Shown here: one piece after another, positions 1 through 9,010 of the stretch | Position numbering within the stretch: position 1 is the stretch's first letter | Layout of the letters: each line of letters begins with the position of its first letter | Assembly (NCBI GenBank): GCA_963793305.1 | Contig: CAWBZV010000005.1 | Coordinates: 800,001-864,000, forward strand | Source: an uncultured Gemmatimonadales bacterium | Lineage (GTDB): Bacteria > Gemmatimonadota > Gemmatimonadetes > Gemmatimonadales > Gemmatimonadaceae | DNA length: 64,000 nt | Direction: 5' to 3' | Notes under the pieces: generated by a model | What the model was told of the DNA's origin: nothing | Databases searched by the model: none | What the model saw: only the letters and a program-made list of their open reading frames with translations | Position numbers and translations under genes: made by a program

Positions 1-146
1 ATCGGTCGATAGGCTTCTTCGACCTGAAGAAGTGCACCGTTGCGCCGACCCAGCCAAAGCACGATGCACTCGCAGTTGTCTTGACCCGCATCGCGCAAAT
101 GAGTGAGCGTCAAATCAACGAGCGCAGGAGGGCAGAGCGTTAACAT
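1..146 (-). CDS. bilC: JAB/MPN (Mov34) deubiquitinase-like metallopeptidase, N-terminal part; runs off window (BilC-like)
   Basis: Not in the ORF track. Manual translation from ATG at 146: MLTLCPPALVDLTLTHLRDAGQDNCECIVLWLGRRNGALLQVEEAYRP, containing the JAB N-terminal E-x3-LW-x-G strand. It starts right after the E2 stop (TAG 149-147). The HxH motif lies outside the window. Confidence 0.7.
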   Translation of the reverse strand, partial: MLTLCPPALVDLTLTHLRDAGQDNCECIVLWLGRRNGALLQVEEAYRP

Positions 147-584
147 CTACCCTTGTCCTTTCTGCCAGGCGCGCCATACTTGGGTCAATATGCCGCCGAG
201 GTCGTAGCTGGAGGCATCCCTAAGATTCTGCCAGAGATCGCTCACGTGGCTCGGGTGCGTGTGGTATTCTCGTGAGCCCCGCATGCAGATGAACAATCGA
301 TTGGTGATCGGGTGTGGTCCGGGATGAAACACGCCCGTCGGGTTCGACAGCGCGGTCGTCAGCAATGAGCCATCGGCCGCATGGAGCGTTATTGACGGCG
401 GTAGATCATTCCAGTCGTTACAAGTGAACCGAACCCGTAGCGGAGTTCGACCGATCGCAGTGAACGAACAGTCGATAATCGGAAATTCAAGCGCGTGAAG
501 AGTCCATCCACGACGCTGTGCTAACGCCGGAGACAAAGAACCCACATCGCGTTCGAACAATTCCTTGGCGGCGGCCGGATGCAT
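147..584 (-). CDS. bilB: E2-like ubiquitin-conjugating protein, Metal_CEHH type (BilB-like)
   Basis: DWNDLPPSI motif and FICMRGSREYHTHPSH (C-E-H-H signature with putative catalytic Cys). Coupled to the Ubl gene by TAATG overlap at 584. Confidence 0.8.
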   Translation of the reverse strand: MHPAAAKELFERDVGSLSPALAQRRGWTLHALEFPIIDCSFTAIGRTPLRVRFTCNDWNDLPPSITLHAADGSLLTTALSNPTGVFHPGPHPITNRLFICMRGSREYHTHPSHVSDLWQNLRDASSYDLGGILTQVWRAWQKGQG

Positions 585-898
585 TACCCCCCTCCGCCCT
601 CGCTCGGACCCCAGTCGATCTCCACCTCGCCGGCGAGGCCGTGCTGTTGGTAGGTCAGCGCAATGTTGATTTCACGCTTGCCCGAGGGTAGCGTGACGGT
701 CGCAACCCAGCCCGTCGTGTCTTTGATCTTTAATTCCGCTTTGGCCTTGTGCAGGCCGACCTCCACCTTCTGGTCGATGGGCACTCGGTTGAATCCCTCG
801 GCGGGATAGAAGCCCGCGGTAGTCGAAACCGAGACCTCCACGAAATGCTCGCGCTTGTGTTCATCGGCCGAGCCATGGCTCGATTGCCCCATACTCAT
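584..898 (-). CDS. bilA: Ubiquitin-like (beta-grasp) protein with C-terminal glycine motif (BilA-like)
   Basis: 104 aa ending ...VEIDWGPSEGGGG-stop. First gene of a Ubl-E2-JAB operon. GGAG RBS upstream. Confidence 0.75.
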   Translation of the reverse strand: MSMGQSSHGSADEHKREHFVEVSVSTTAGFYPAEGFNRVPIDQKVEVGLHKAKAELKIKDTTGWVATVTLPSGKREINIALTYQQHGLAGEVEIDWGPSEGGGG

Positions 899-935
899 CT
901 CCGTCGCTCCTGACTTGAGAAGTCACATATGATGC

Positions 936-963
936 AATTTATGGCCATTTTATACATTGTCAA
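936..963 (-). promoter_or_regulatory. Sigma70-type promoter for the Ubl operon
   Basis: Minus strand TTGACA (963-958), 16 bp spacer, TAAATT (941-936), in an AT-rich intergenic region. Confidence 0.55.
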
Positions 964-987
964 TGGCCGATGAATATATCAAAAACG

Positions 988-1015
988 TTGCTTTTTTGGC
1001 CTGAAGCAGTATAAT
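988..1015 (+). promoter_or_regulatory. Sigma70-type promoter for the RHH-GNAT-HTH-peptidase cassette
   Basis: TTGCTT (988-993), 16 bp spacer, TATAAT (1010-1015); GGAG/GAGG RBS before ATG 1046. Confidence 0.55.
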
Positions 1016-1045
1016 TCCAGAGCACCAAATCGGAGAGACGAGGCT

Positions 1046-1255
1046 ATGGATCGCAAACAAATGACGCTAATGCTCAGCGACAAGGAGATGTCGCTGCTCG
1101 ATGAGCTGGCTGAGCGGCGGGGGATGTCAAAGACCGCACTCGTGCGCCAGGCGCTGCGGCTCTACCAATCGGTGACGGAGCGGATCGAGAGCGGAGAGAA
1201 AGTCTTCGTAGAGCGACCGTCGACGAAAGAGAAAACTGAGCTCATGGTCCTATGA
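1046..1255 (+). CDS. Ribbon-helix-helix (CopG-like) DNA-binding protein / antitoxin
   Basis: 69 aa, QMTLMLSDKEMSLLDELAERRGMSKTALVRQAL is a classic RHH pattern; ATGA overlap with the GNAT gene. Confidence 0.85.
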   Translation: MDRKQMTLMLSDKEMSLLDELAERRGMSKTALVRQALRLYQSVTERIESGEKVFVERPSTKEKTELMVL

Positions 1256-1863
1256 AGGAACTGCTCGGCGACGCCATTCTGCTCGAGCGCAGCACCGAGG
1301 CTGATGCTCCCGCCCGGATATTCAGGACACTGGACCAGAAGAATTTCGACGATTTCGAGACTTTGTGGCGCCCGATGCTCAAAGAAGCGCGTGGCCGGGC
1401 CGCCTCCTGGGAGGGCGCCGCGAAGTTCGACGCTCAGGATTCGCACTGGGAGTGGGTTGAGAAGGCGGTCGAGGCCGAACGCATCATGGGCCGCGACACC
1501 TACGCAGTAGAATGCGCGGGCGTCACCCAAGGACTGATGCTCATCAATGTCGGGTTCGGACGATTACCCGACCAGCGCGGCAAGGAGCTGATCTACATTG
1601 AGCTTCTCGCCACGGCGCCATGGAATCGGCCGAAACTGACTCCAGATGCGCGCTACAAGGGTGTCGGCCGTGTGCTGGTGGGTACGGCGATCAGCCTGAG
1701 TGATGATCTCGGCTTTGGAGGCTGCATCGGTCTACACTCATTGCCCCAGTCGGAAGACTGGTACCGAGCGGGCGGGTTCACGGACGTCAAGTACGACGAG
1801 TCGAAGAAGATGCGGTATTTCGAGATGACTAACGACGATGCGCTGGCATTCGTATCAGATTGA
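1252..1863 (+). CDS. GNAT family N-acetyltransferase (toxin-like)
   Basis: YIELLATAPWNR...YKGVGRVL acetyl-CoA binding motif, GLHSLPQSEDWY..GF. Confidence 0.85.
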   Translation: MKELLGDAILLERSTEADAPARIFRTLDQKNFDDFETLWRPMLKEARGRAASWEGAAKFDAQDSHWEWVEKAVEAERIMGRDTYAVECAGVTQGLMLINVGFGRLPDQRGKELIYIELLATAPWNRPKLTPDARYKGVGRVLVGTAISLSDDLGFGGCIGLHSLPQSEDWYRAGGFTDVKYDESKKMRYFEMTNDDALAFVSD

Positions 1864-1872
1864 GGAGGGATT

Positions 1873-2376
1873 ATGAAACTGCTATTCACTATCGACGGCT
1901 TGCGACGAAAGATCGCGGCCGATCCAGAAGACGAACCTATGGCGGGCGGCCCCGAGGGCCGCTCCGTCGATAGCACATTGGCGGCGGAAAACGCTGCCAT
2001 CATTGGTGAGAGCAAGGTAGTCCAGCTGCGTATCGGTCTAGGGGTACTCGTGCGCCAGTTGCGGCTCAGAGATGGCCTGTCGATCGCTCAACTCTCCGAG
2101 CGAGCCCAGGTTGCGGAAGATGATCTGCGTCAAGTCGAACATAACCCTCATTACACAGCACGCGCGCGCTTGATTCACCAGCTTTCGGAGTACTTCGGCG
2201 TGTCCCTCACGATGTTGTCGCAAATGTCGGGCACGACACATTCCGTTGACCGAGCACTCTATAATGATGTGGTCAAGTACGCCGCGCATTCGGATGATGT
2301 CTCAGCTCTCACGAGTGAAGAGCGAGAGACGCTCCATGCTTTCGTCGCTATGCTGAATGAGCGCTCGCGGACCTAG
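1873..2376 (+). CDS. XRE-family HTH transcriptional regulator
   Basis: LGVLVRQLRLRDGLSIAQLSERAQVAEDDLRQVEH; strong GAGGAGG RBS. Confidence 0.8.
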   Translation: MKLLFTIDGLRRKIAADPEDEPMAGGPEGRSVDSTLAAENAAIIGESKVVQLRIGLGVLVRQLRLRDGLSIAQLSERAQVAEDDLRQVEHNPHYTARARLIHQLSEYFGVSLTMLSQMSGTTHSVDRALYNDVVKYAAHSDDVSALTSEERETLHAFVAMLNERSRT

Positions 2377-2378
2377 CT

Positions 2379-3305
2379 ATGCTGGAGGGTGAGCTCGGAG
2401 ATTTCGAGAAGCGCGATATTCGGGCGCAAGTCGAACGGATCCTCAGAGACCTCGGTAACCCCGAGCCTCCCCTGCGACTGGCTGATGTCCGCAAGCTCCT
2501 CGCGATCGATCTCCATTACTATCGAAGCTCAGATCCAGGCCTGGTCGATGAGCTCACACATCGGTTCAAGGTCTTCGCCCGAAAATCGATCCCCGACCTG
2601 GGCAAGCATCTGCTATCGGCGTTGACGAAGTCACGACTCTGTGCATTCTGGGTGCCGGAAAGCTCGAAAATTCTTGTCGACGCTGATGTGCCCGAGCCGA
2701 AGCACCGCTGGCTAGAAGCGCATGAAGTCACTCACAGCGTAACGCCATGGCACCGCAAGTTTCTCTTCGGTGACAACTATCACACGTTGGATCCGGCTTG
2801 CCACGCATCGTTGGAGGCCGAGGCAAATTACGGCGCGGGAAGACTTCTCTTCTTGCAGAATCGGCTTGCCGAGGAAGCTCGCGATCTCCCGCTGTCGTTC
2901 GAGTCAATCAAGTTGCTGTCGAAGCGATACCACAACTCAATCGTCTCGACGTTCTGGCGGGCTGTAGAGGATCGAAACCCAGATCAACCGGCATTTGGGA
3001 TTGTTAGCGTTCATCCGCTTTATCCGGATATTGGCAATCATGATGGACCCAATCCCTGGCGCTATTACATCCGATCCTCGGGATTCCAAAGACAGTTTTC
3101 AGTCGTGACGCCCGATGACGCCTTTGGCCTTGTGGCCCGGTACGCGAGTAACAAAAGGACGGGGCCCATTTTCACTGCGACGCATCTACTTAGAGATGTG
3201 AACGGAGACGAATGGGAATTCAACATTGAATCCTTCTCGACCAAGCATGCGCTCTTGACTCTCGGGTTTCCGGTTCGCCGGCATCAGACCCTGGTATCCA
3301 CTTGA
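2379..3305 (+). CDS. ImmA/IrrE-family Zn metallopeptidase (CapP-like)
   Basis: RWLEAHEVTH (HExxH) and downstream EAEANYGAGRLLF; 2 bp after the HTH stop. Confidence 0.85.
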   Translation: MLEGELGDFEKRDIRAQVERILRDLGNPEPPLRLADVRKLLAIDLHYYRSSDPGLVDELTHRFKVFARKSIPDLGKHLLSALTKSRLCAFWVPESSKILVDADVPEPKHRWLEAHEVTHSVTPWHRKFLFGDNYHTLDPACHASLEAEANYGAGRLLFLQNRLAEEARDLPLSFESIKLLSKRYHNSIVSTFWRAVEDRNPDQPAFGIVSVHPLYPDIGNHDGPNPWRYYIRSSGFQRQFSVVTPDDAFGLVARYASNKRTGPIFTATHLLRDVNGDEWEFNIESFSTKHALLTLGFPVRRHQTLVST

Positions 3306-3339
3306 GTCGCTCCCGCGCGTATGAGGGAGCGCTGCTCCA

Positions 3340-3690
3340 GTGAGGCAATGGCTGCGTCGCGCGGTGGATCTGGTCCGGCAGGCTGTTGGTCACCCGTCCA
3401 GAGTCGTTCGACCGCACCGTCGCCGCGTCGATGTCAAGCGCGTCAGTGTCAGGAGATATGGCAAGTTCAATGACAGACCGCCTCCGTTGCACTGGGCCCC
3501 CTGTCATCCGTCAACCATTCATCGCTTCAAGGCTACCATGGCTTGTCCGGCGGGCCATGTGCTCACGCTTCGAATTCACGCAATCGGGTCAGACGGCGCG
3601 GTCACCCCGAGCGTCGTGTGCCCAGTGAAGTGCTGCACCTTTCATGAATACGTTCGACTGACAGACTGGACATTTGGATCTATTGGATGA
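3340..3690 (+). CDS. Small putative Zn-finger protein
   Basis: CPAGH...HAIGSDGAVTPSVVCPVKCCTFHEYVRLTDW (Cys/His cluster); GAGGGAG upstream; start uncertain. Confidence 0.55.
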   Translation: MRQWLRRAVDLVRQAVGHPSRVVRPHRRRVDVKRVSVRRYGKFNDRPPPLHWAPCHPSTIHRFKATMACPAGHVLTLRIHAIGSDGAVTPSVVCPVKCCTFHEYVRLTDWTFGSIG

Positions 3691-3763
3691 TCCGAAATGC
3701 GCTGCTGCGCGATAGCGAACCGGAGAAAGCGGTTTCCCAACTGACGCCCATTGTGCGCGTGGT

Positions 3764-5089
3764 ATGTTCCCGTTTCATATTGGAACTATGTCCCGGTCGC
3801 ACCGGCCCTTAGGCGCCGCGCTCGAGCCTCCGTTGGTCGTGCTTGTGCACGAGGGGAAGGGACCCGTCGCGCGTGGATCGGCCAGTGACGGGTTCGACTA
3901 CACGTGTCACGCGTGCGATCTGGTTCTGGCTGAGAGTGTTGACGAGAACGCGCTGTGGGACGTGGGACTCAAGTGTCCCCAGTGCGGAGCGCTGAATGAC
4001 GCGCCAAGCCTCTCGGCGGATCGGCCCTTGCCCAGGCAGTTCGTCGAGATAATGCCTGGAGTCAGGGTCTATCGGGAGACCATCGATCTCCGGGGGGCGA
4101 GTGTCGTGGGAACTCCGGGGTTGGCACGCCGCGGCGCCACTCGACCCACACGCGAAGCGACCTTCCGAGCGACTGAGACAGCCTACTCCTTGGTGATCGA
4201 GCCGCGCGAGTTTCTGAGCGACCTGGTTGATCGCGTTCGGGCGACGCTCGGCGACGCGTTTGCCGTCATCGAAGCGCGCGACAAGCGGCGCCGGGCCAGT
4301 CGAGCCGCGCCAGAGAACCGTCATGGGCTCATGGTGGCGGTGGAAGCGGTGCAGGCGTCGATCGTAAGCCTCGAGTCATTCGAGCCAACGATCGCTGTCT
4401 CTGCAGTAACGGAGCTGGACGTCGTGCTTCGGTTCCTAGAGCGATGGCGGGGAGTGCGGGAGTGGCCGACATTGATTGAAGCGCTTTCTCAGCAACAACA
4501 GTACGCACACACCGTGGTGTTGCTCGCGACGGCGACGGCGCTGGCAGACAAAGGGAATGTCGTCGATTTCATGCCGACGGCCCGGTCGCGTACCCCGGAC
4601 CTGGTCATGATGCGCGCTGCGGGTGGTTGGTTCGCGGTCGAGGTGAAAGGGCCGCGCGCATTGGCCACGCGGTTTCCCAGGCGATGGAAGGCAGACGAGG
4701 CGTATGATCTGATCCGCACGCAAGTGATGCGCGCCCGCCGAGGGAACAAGGGGCAGATGGCAGCGGGCGAGGCAGGCCTCCTGGTGATCGGCGGGATGTA
4801 CAATCACCTCGAGACAATCGAATGCCTCAAGGCGGCGGCGGTCGAGTATTTGGCTGATGCGGCCGGGAAGCATCGCCATTCGGACATGGAGGGGATCTCG
4901 CTCGTCAATGTGGCGACACTCGTCGAAAATCGTGCGCCGCTCGGCCGACCGCTGTTACCCTTTGCGCAATTTCGCTGGGTTCGACATCCCGGGTACCGCG
5001 GTCGGGCATCGATCGTTCCATCAAATGCCGGGATGAACGTCGTATCAGGGCCGCTAACTCAACCGGGCGACGTGCGGATGGACGTGTAA
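3764..5089 (+). CDS. Zn-ribbon + PD-(D/E)XK nuclease-like protein
   Basis: N-terminal CHAC...CPQC; C-terminal RTPDLVM...FAVEVK catalytic motif. Confidence 0.6.
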   Translation: MFPFHIGTMSRSHRPLGAALEPPLVVLVHEGKGPVARGSASDGFDYTCHACDLVLAESVDENALWDVGLKCPQCGALNDAPSLSADRPLPRQFVEIMPGVRVYRETIDLRGASVVGTPGLARRGATRPTREATFRATETAYSLVIEPREFLSDLVDRVRATLGDAFAVIEARDKRRRASRAAPENRHGLMVAVEAVQASIVSLESFEPTIAVSAVTELDVVLRFLERWRGVREWPTLIEALSQQQQYAHTVVLLATATALADKGNVVDFMPTARSRTPDLVMMRAAGGWFAVEVKGPRALATRFPRRWKADEAYDLIRTQVMRARRGNKGQMAAGEAGLLVIGGMYNHLETIECLKAAAVEYLADAAGKHRHSDMEGISLVNVATLVENRAPLGRPLLPFAQFRWVRHPGYRGRASIVPSNAGMNVVSGPLTQPGDVRMDV

Positions 5090-5132
5090 GTGCAGCGACT
5101 GAAGTTCGGGGGACGGTTCGAATAGTCAAGGT

Positions 5133-5648
5133 TGGCCCGTCTGGGAGCTCGCTCAATCTCCGCTGTACCTTCATGGCACGCCGTCTCGGTGGCTGGCTGC
5201 GGGGGAGTGCGCTGTCGCGTCGGTCGGCGATGCCGTCATCGCGCTCGCCGCCGATGGCAGCGCGCCCCTTGTCGCGCGGAATCGGTTCTGCCTCCTTCGA
5301 CTCGGTGCGCCGTCTGTCATCGTATACGCGGTCGTTGGGTTCGCGGTGAGTGTGGGCCTTGAAGGGTGGAACGTCGATGTGCTCCACCGCTGGTCATACC
5401 GTCCATCGATGCCGCGGATCGGAGGTATTGGCCTGACTCGAATCCTCCCATGGATCGTGGTGCCATCAGCGGCGCTGGTACTTACCCGTCGTTGGTTGGG
5501 AAGACGGGCGCGGGTCCAAAGGCGAGCCCATCGTCGAGATATGCCATGCCGTATGCGAACTACGACCGCGATTGCGCGCGATGATCGCAGCGTTGAAAGG
5601 CGAGAAACTGGTGGACGGCGACTAGGGCTTCCGGATCGCGAGTTGTGA
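5133..5648 (+). pseudogene. 5'-truncated conserved membrane protein
   Basis: The frame of ORF 5346 extends upstream as VWELAQSPLY...CAVASVGD...RWSYRPSMPRIGGIGL but reaches TGA at 5100 with no start codon. Confidence 0.45.
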
Positions 5649-6105
5649 TTCGCACAGCGCCACCGCGCGGCTGGTCGGATACGGTATACGTGATCAGGTT
5701 GCGTTTAGCGACCATGGTGGCCGTGCCGGGCACGTCGCGCATGTGCACGAACATCGGTGTCGAGAAGTCGCCGCTACCGAACGCCTGCGTGATCATGCGC
5801 AGGTGGTGCCGGATCATGGCGACGCCGGCCGAGTCGTCGACGTTGCGCTCGAGCTCTATCCGACCGCCGTCGGGCAAGTCTGTAAAATGATGGATCGAGG
5901 TGTACCGATCGACGCCCATGGCTTGCGCGCCGCGTGCCTGCACGGCGCGATAAGCGCGGTCGCTGCCCGCTGAGGAGTCGTACGCCGGGTGCGTGTCGCA
6001 TTCTTGAGCGCGCAGTGCCATCAACGGGACAACCTGCAGCGTCGCAAACAATCCGAATCCCCATACAACGGCGTAGCCCTGTAACTTCCGTGCGTCGGAC
6101 GTCAT
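5560..6105 (-). CDS. Conserved exported hypothetical protein
   Basis: Signal-like N-terminus; MGVDRYTSIHHFTDLPDGGRIEL...FVHMRDVPGT...FLAFQRCDH; start uncertain (ORF track 6171). Confidence 0.6.
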   Translation of the reverse strand: MTSDARKLQGYAVVWGFGLFATLQVVPLMALRAQECDTHPAYDSSAGSDRAYRAVQARGAQAMGVDRYTSIHHFTDLPDGGRIELERNVDDSAGVAMIRHHLRMITQAFGSGDFSTPMFVHMRDVPGTATMVAKRNLITYTVSDQPRGGAVRITTRDPEALVAVHQFLAFQRCDHRAQSRS

Positions 6106-6189
6106 TCGATCCCTCGGGTTTGCTGGATGGCCCCAGCATACGACCATACCCCGGCCCGCCGCTGGAACCAAAGTCTCATTTGCGCTCGC

Positions 6190-6879
6190 GTGATCAGTTT
6201 AGACGTACTCGCTCGTATTCCCCTCGTTGACAAGCTCTCACCGGCGGCGCGGCGCGCCCTCGCCGGCCGGGCTATCACGCGTCAATTCGGCGCGGGGGAA
6301 GTGTTGTAGACAGTCGGCAGCCCGATCGATGACATGCTAGTCGTCATCGAGGGCGAGGTGCGCGTAATCCGTGAAGGGGGCGGACGACAGCACGTGCTGC
6401 ACACCGAGGGGCCGGGTGGCACGTTGGGCGAGGTGCCGTTCTATAGTGGGGGAGCAGCCCCCGCGACCGCCATCGCGGTCGTGCCAACCCAGTGCCTCGT
6501 TCTGTCACGCGGGGCGATCGAGGCCGCGATCGTCGCCGACCCCGCCGTGGCGTGGGTGCTCCTTGGCCGGCTGGCCTCGCGCGTCCGGGGGCTCGTAGAG
6601 CGAGTAGATCGCCTGGCGCTTCAAAGCGCCACCACGCGCCTGGTGGGACTGCTGGTCGCCAAAGTTCCGCGCACGAGCATCGGAGGCGAGGCAGTTGTCA
6701 GCCTTGGGATGTCGCAGGCGGTTTTGGCCGCCGAGTTGGGGACGGTGCGCGAGGTGATCGTGCGGGCACTGCGGTCGCTCAGGGAGCGCGGGTTGATCTC
6801 GACCGCTGGGCGCGGCTGTCTTCGCATCGTAGACGTTGCCGCGCTACGGCGCGCGGCAGAAGAGGTGAGTCCGACTTAG
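6190..6879 (+). pseudogene. Crp/Fnr family regulator interrupted by in-frame TAG (6307-6309)
   Basis: cNMP domain (GGTLGEVP) and HTH (MSQAVLAAELGTVREVIVRAL); ORFs 6127 and 6334 share one frame separated by a single TAG. Confidence 0.75.
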
Positions 6880-6971
6880 GACCGCGCTTACCTTTACCTT
6901 GCTGACGCGGATGTCGGCGGCCACTCCGTATTTGTGAGAATTCAACCTGTCGCGCGTGTGGAGTACTAGTC

Positions 6972-7415
6972 GTGAACCCAACTGAGGTCGTGGCGGTCGT
7001 CCTCGGCAACCTCAAGACCGCCGCGGAAATCGTGAAACTTCTGCGATCGGATTCACCGATCCAGAAGGCAGAGGCGAAGCTGAAGCTGGCTGAGGTGCTC
7101 GAATCGCTGGCGGACGCGAGAGTCCAGTTGGTCGACGTGCAGGAAGCCGTGAGGGAGAAAGACGCGCGAATCGCGGACCTGGAAGAAGCGTTCGAAGTCA
7201 GGGATACAGTGCAGCGGCAGAACGACGGGATCTATAGGATCAAAGCCGGCAAAGCGGAGGGATACCCCCATTGTCTTCGCTGCTGGGAGGAGGACCACCG
7301 ATTGAGACAACTTGTGCACTCGGCGGGCGATCACCGAGCGCGTGTGTGCCCCACATGCAAGACGGGTTACGAAGGGCGATCGGTTCCCTTTATCACGCCC
7401 GACGCCGTGCAATAG
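6972..7415 (+). CDS. Hypothetical protein, coiled-coil plus C-terminal Zn ribbon
   Basis: PHCLRCWE...VCPTC; GGAG RBS. Confidence 0.7.
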   Translation: MNPTEVVAVVLGNLKTAAEIVKLLRSDSPIQKAEAKLKLAEVLESLADARVQLVDVQEAVREKDARIADLEEAFEVRDTVQRQNDGIYRIKAGKAEGYPHCLRCWEEDHRLRQLVHSAGDHRARVCPTCKTGYEGRSVPFITPDAVQ

Positions 7416-7515
7416 TAGCCGGGCGTCAAGGCGTTCACCTGCGTCGTTGATACGCATCTGGAACAGTGTGCATCCAGCACGCCCACGCACAGGAAAACGG
7501 CCGCGGAGACAGTCT

Positions 7516-8265
7516 GTGTCCCAGTCGATTATTGAACTAGAAGGTGCCGTTCGCGCGAGAATGGAGCCCGAGCTCCGAGACTACGTCGACGTGCTCGGGA
7601 AGGCGTACAATCTGCTGGGCGAGATCGTCGAGGCGTCGAATGTGGACCAGCTATCGCTTTCGGCGAAGGTGCAAGTCATGCTTGCCGCGCGACTGCAGGA
7701 GGATTTGCGTTCGGTTGATCTCACTGCCTCCTTGGGTTATGCCTTGGCTGCCTTGACACATGCTTCCGTCGTGCGCGAAGTCGCCTACGGCATGATGTAT
7801 TTGGACTCTGATGACCGTGCTCTAGCATGGTGGGCGCATCAAAAGGAGAACAAAGCATATCCGGAGTGCGGCCACAAAGATGTTTTGCGAGATGTGTTGG
7901 AGCGCCGATTCGGGCGAGTGGATGCTGTCGACCAAGAGTACAAAGTGTACACTGATATGTGCCTGGCTAAGCACGCCAATCCGGTTTTGCAGCGTGAATA
8001 CGGCGTCTTGAAATCGCCCGCAACGATTGACGTTGTTTCACATCCCTTCTACTCTGCGGATGTCGTGTTGTTCTGCAAGTTCGCCCTAGCGCATTCGATT
8101 CGGGCTGTGACGACGGCCGCGCTACTTTTCGCTGCGGAACTGGAGTCCGAGGAGGCGACCGACTGGCTGGCGGCCGGCGCTATTGCGGCGAACGATACTC
8201 TGCTCGGCTTGACGGAACGCGACGGGATAACGAACGGTTTTCCCCTACTGGCAACCGGAGTCTGA
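7516..8265 (+). CDS. DUF5677-like / HEPN-related hypothetical protein
   Basis: GTG 7516 after GGAGA; helical protein with YKVYTDMCLAKHANP motif. Confidence 0.5.
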   Translation: MSQSIIELEGAVRARMEPELRDYVDVLGKAYNLLGEIVEASNVDQLSLSAKVQVMLAARLQEDLRSVDLTASLGYALAALTHASVVREVAYGMMYLDSDDRALAWWAHQKENKAYPECGHKDVLRDVLERRFGRVDAVDQEYKVYTDMCLAKHANPVLQREYGVLKSPATIDVVSHPFYSADVVLFCKFALAHSIRAVTTAALLFAAELESEEATDWLAAGAIAANDTLLGLTERDGITNGFPLLATGV

Positions 8266-8323
8266 CAGGAGGCGGATGCATCCCGCGAGAACGGGCACCC
8301 GGAGCCGCGGTGATGTGTACGTA

Positions 8324-8942
8324 ATGCAGCGACTATTCCGCACGCCGGGCGTCATCACCCCCGAACTTCTGAGGCTGACAGATCGTGTTGTGCCCGGAGC
8401 CGTGCCGCTCTTTGTCCCTGTTAGGCTAACCTCAGAATGGCCTGATCAACGAGTGCTTCGAGAATGCACGGCGCCAAGTAGCCAGACTCAAAGGATCCGT
8501 TCAGCACGGATGGGCGCTCTGGGAATGGTCGGGCAAGATGATCGAGGCGGAGTTTCATGCGGTCTGGAGACAGCCCGGAGGATCGCTGATTGACGTTTCG
8601 CCCCGATCCGATGGCGAAACCCAGATCCTCTTTATTCCGGATCCATCGCGTGTGTTCGAGGGAAAACAGATCAACAACGTGCGAGTAGCGCTTGGTGATG
8701 ACCCTCGCATTCATGAATACATCGCGCTTGCCGACCGACACTTTGACATCCTGAATCGAGGCGGCCGAGCATCGGCGCTCGGCGCGGTTGCAGTCCCAAG
8801 GCACGAGATCGAGCCCGTAAGACGACGAATGTGGGAGCTCCAGACGGCGCTTGAATACGGCGCCGCGAAGCGAAACGACCCTTGTCCCTGTGGCAGCGGC
8901 CGTAAGTTCAAAGAGTGTCACGGAGGTGGCTTCAATTTCTAG
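8324..8942 (+). CDS. SEC-C motif Zn-binding protein, +1 frameshift near 8436
   Basis: C-terminal RNDPCPCGSGRKFKECHG. Removing one A from GAATGGC joins MQRLFRTP... to LINECFEN...GWALWEW...EAEFHAVW. Confidence 0.7.
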
Positions 8943-9010
8943 AGTTCTACTTGACACATCAGCGACGCTGACCTCAAGGGCGCTCAGGTACCCCTCCGTC
9001 GCTTGCTGCG

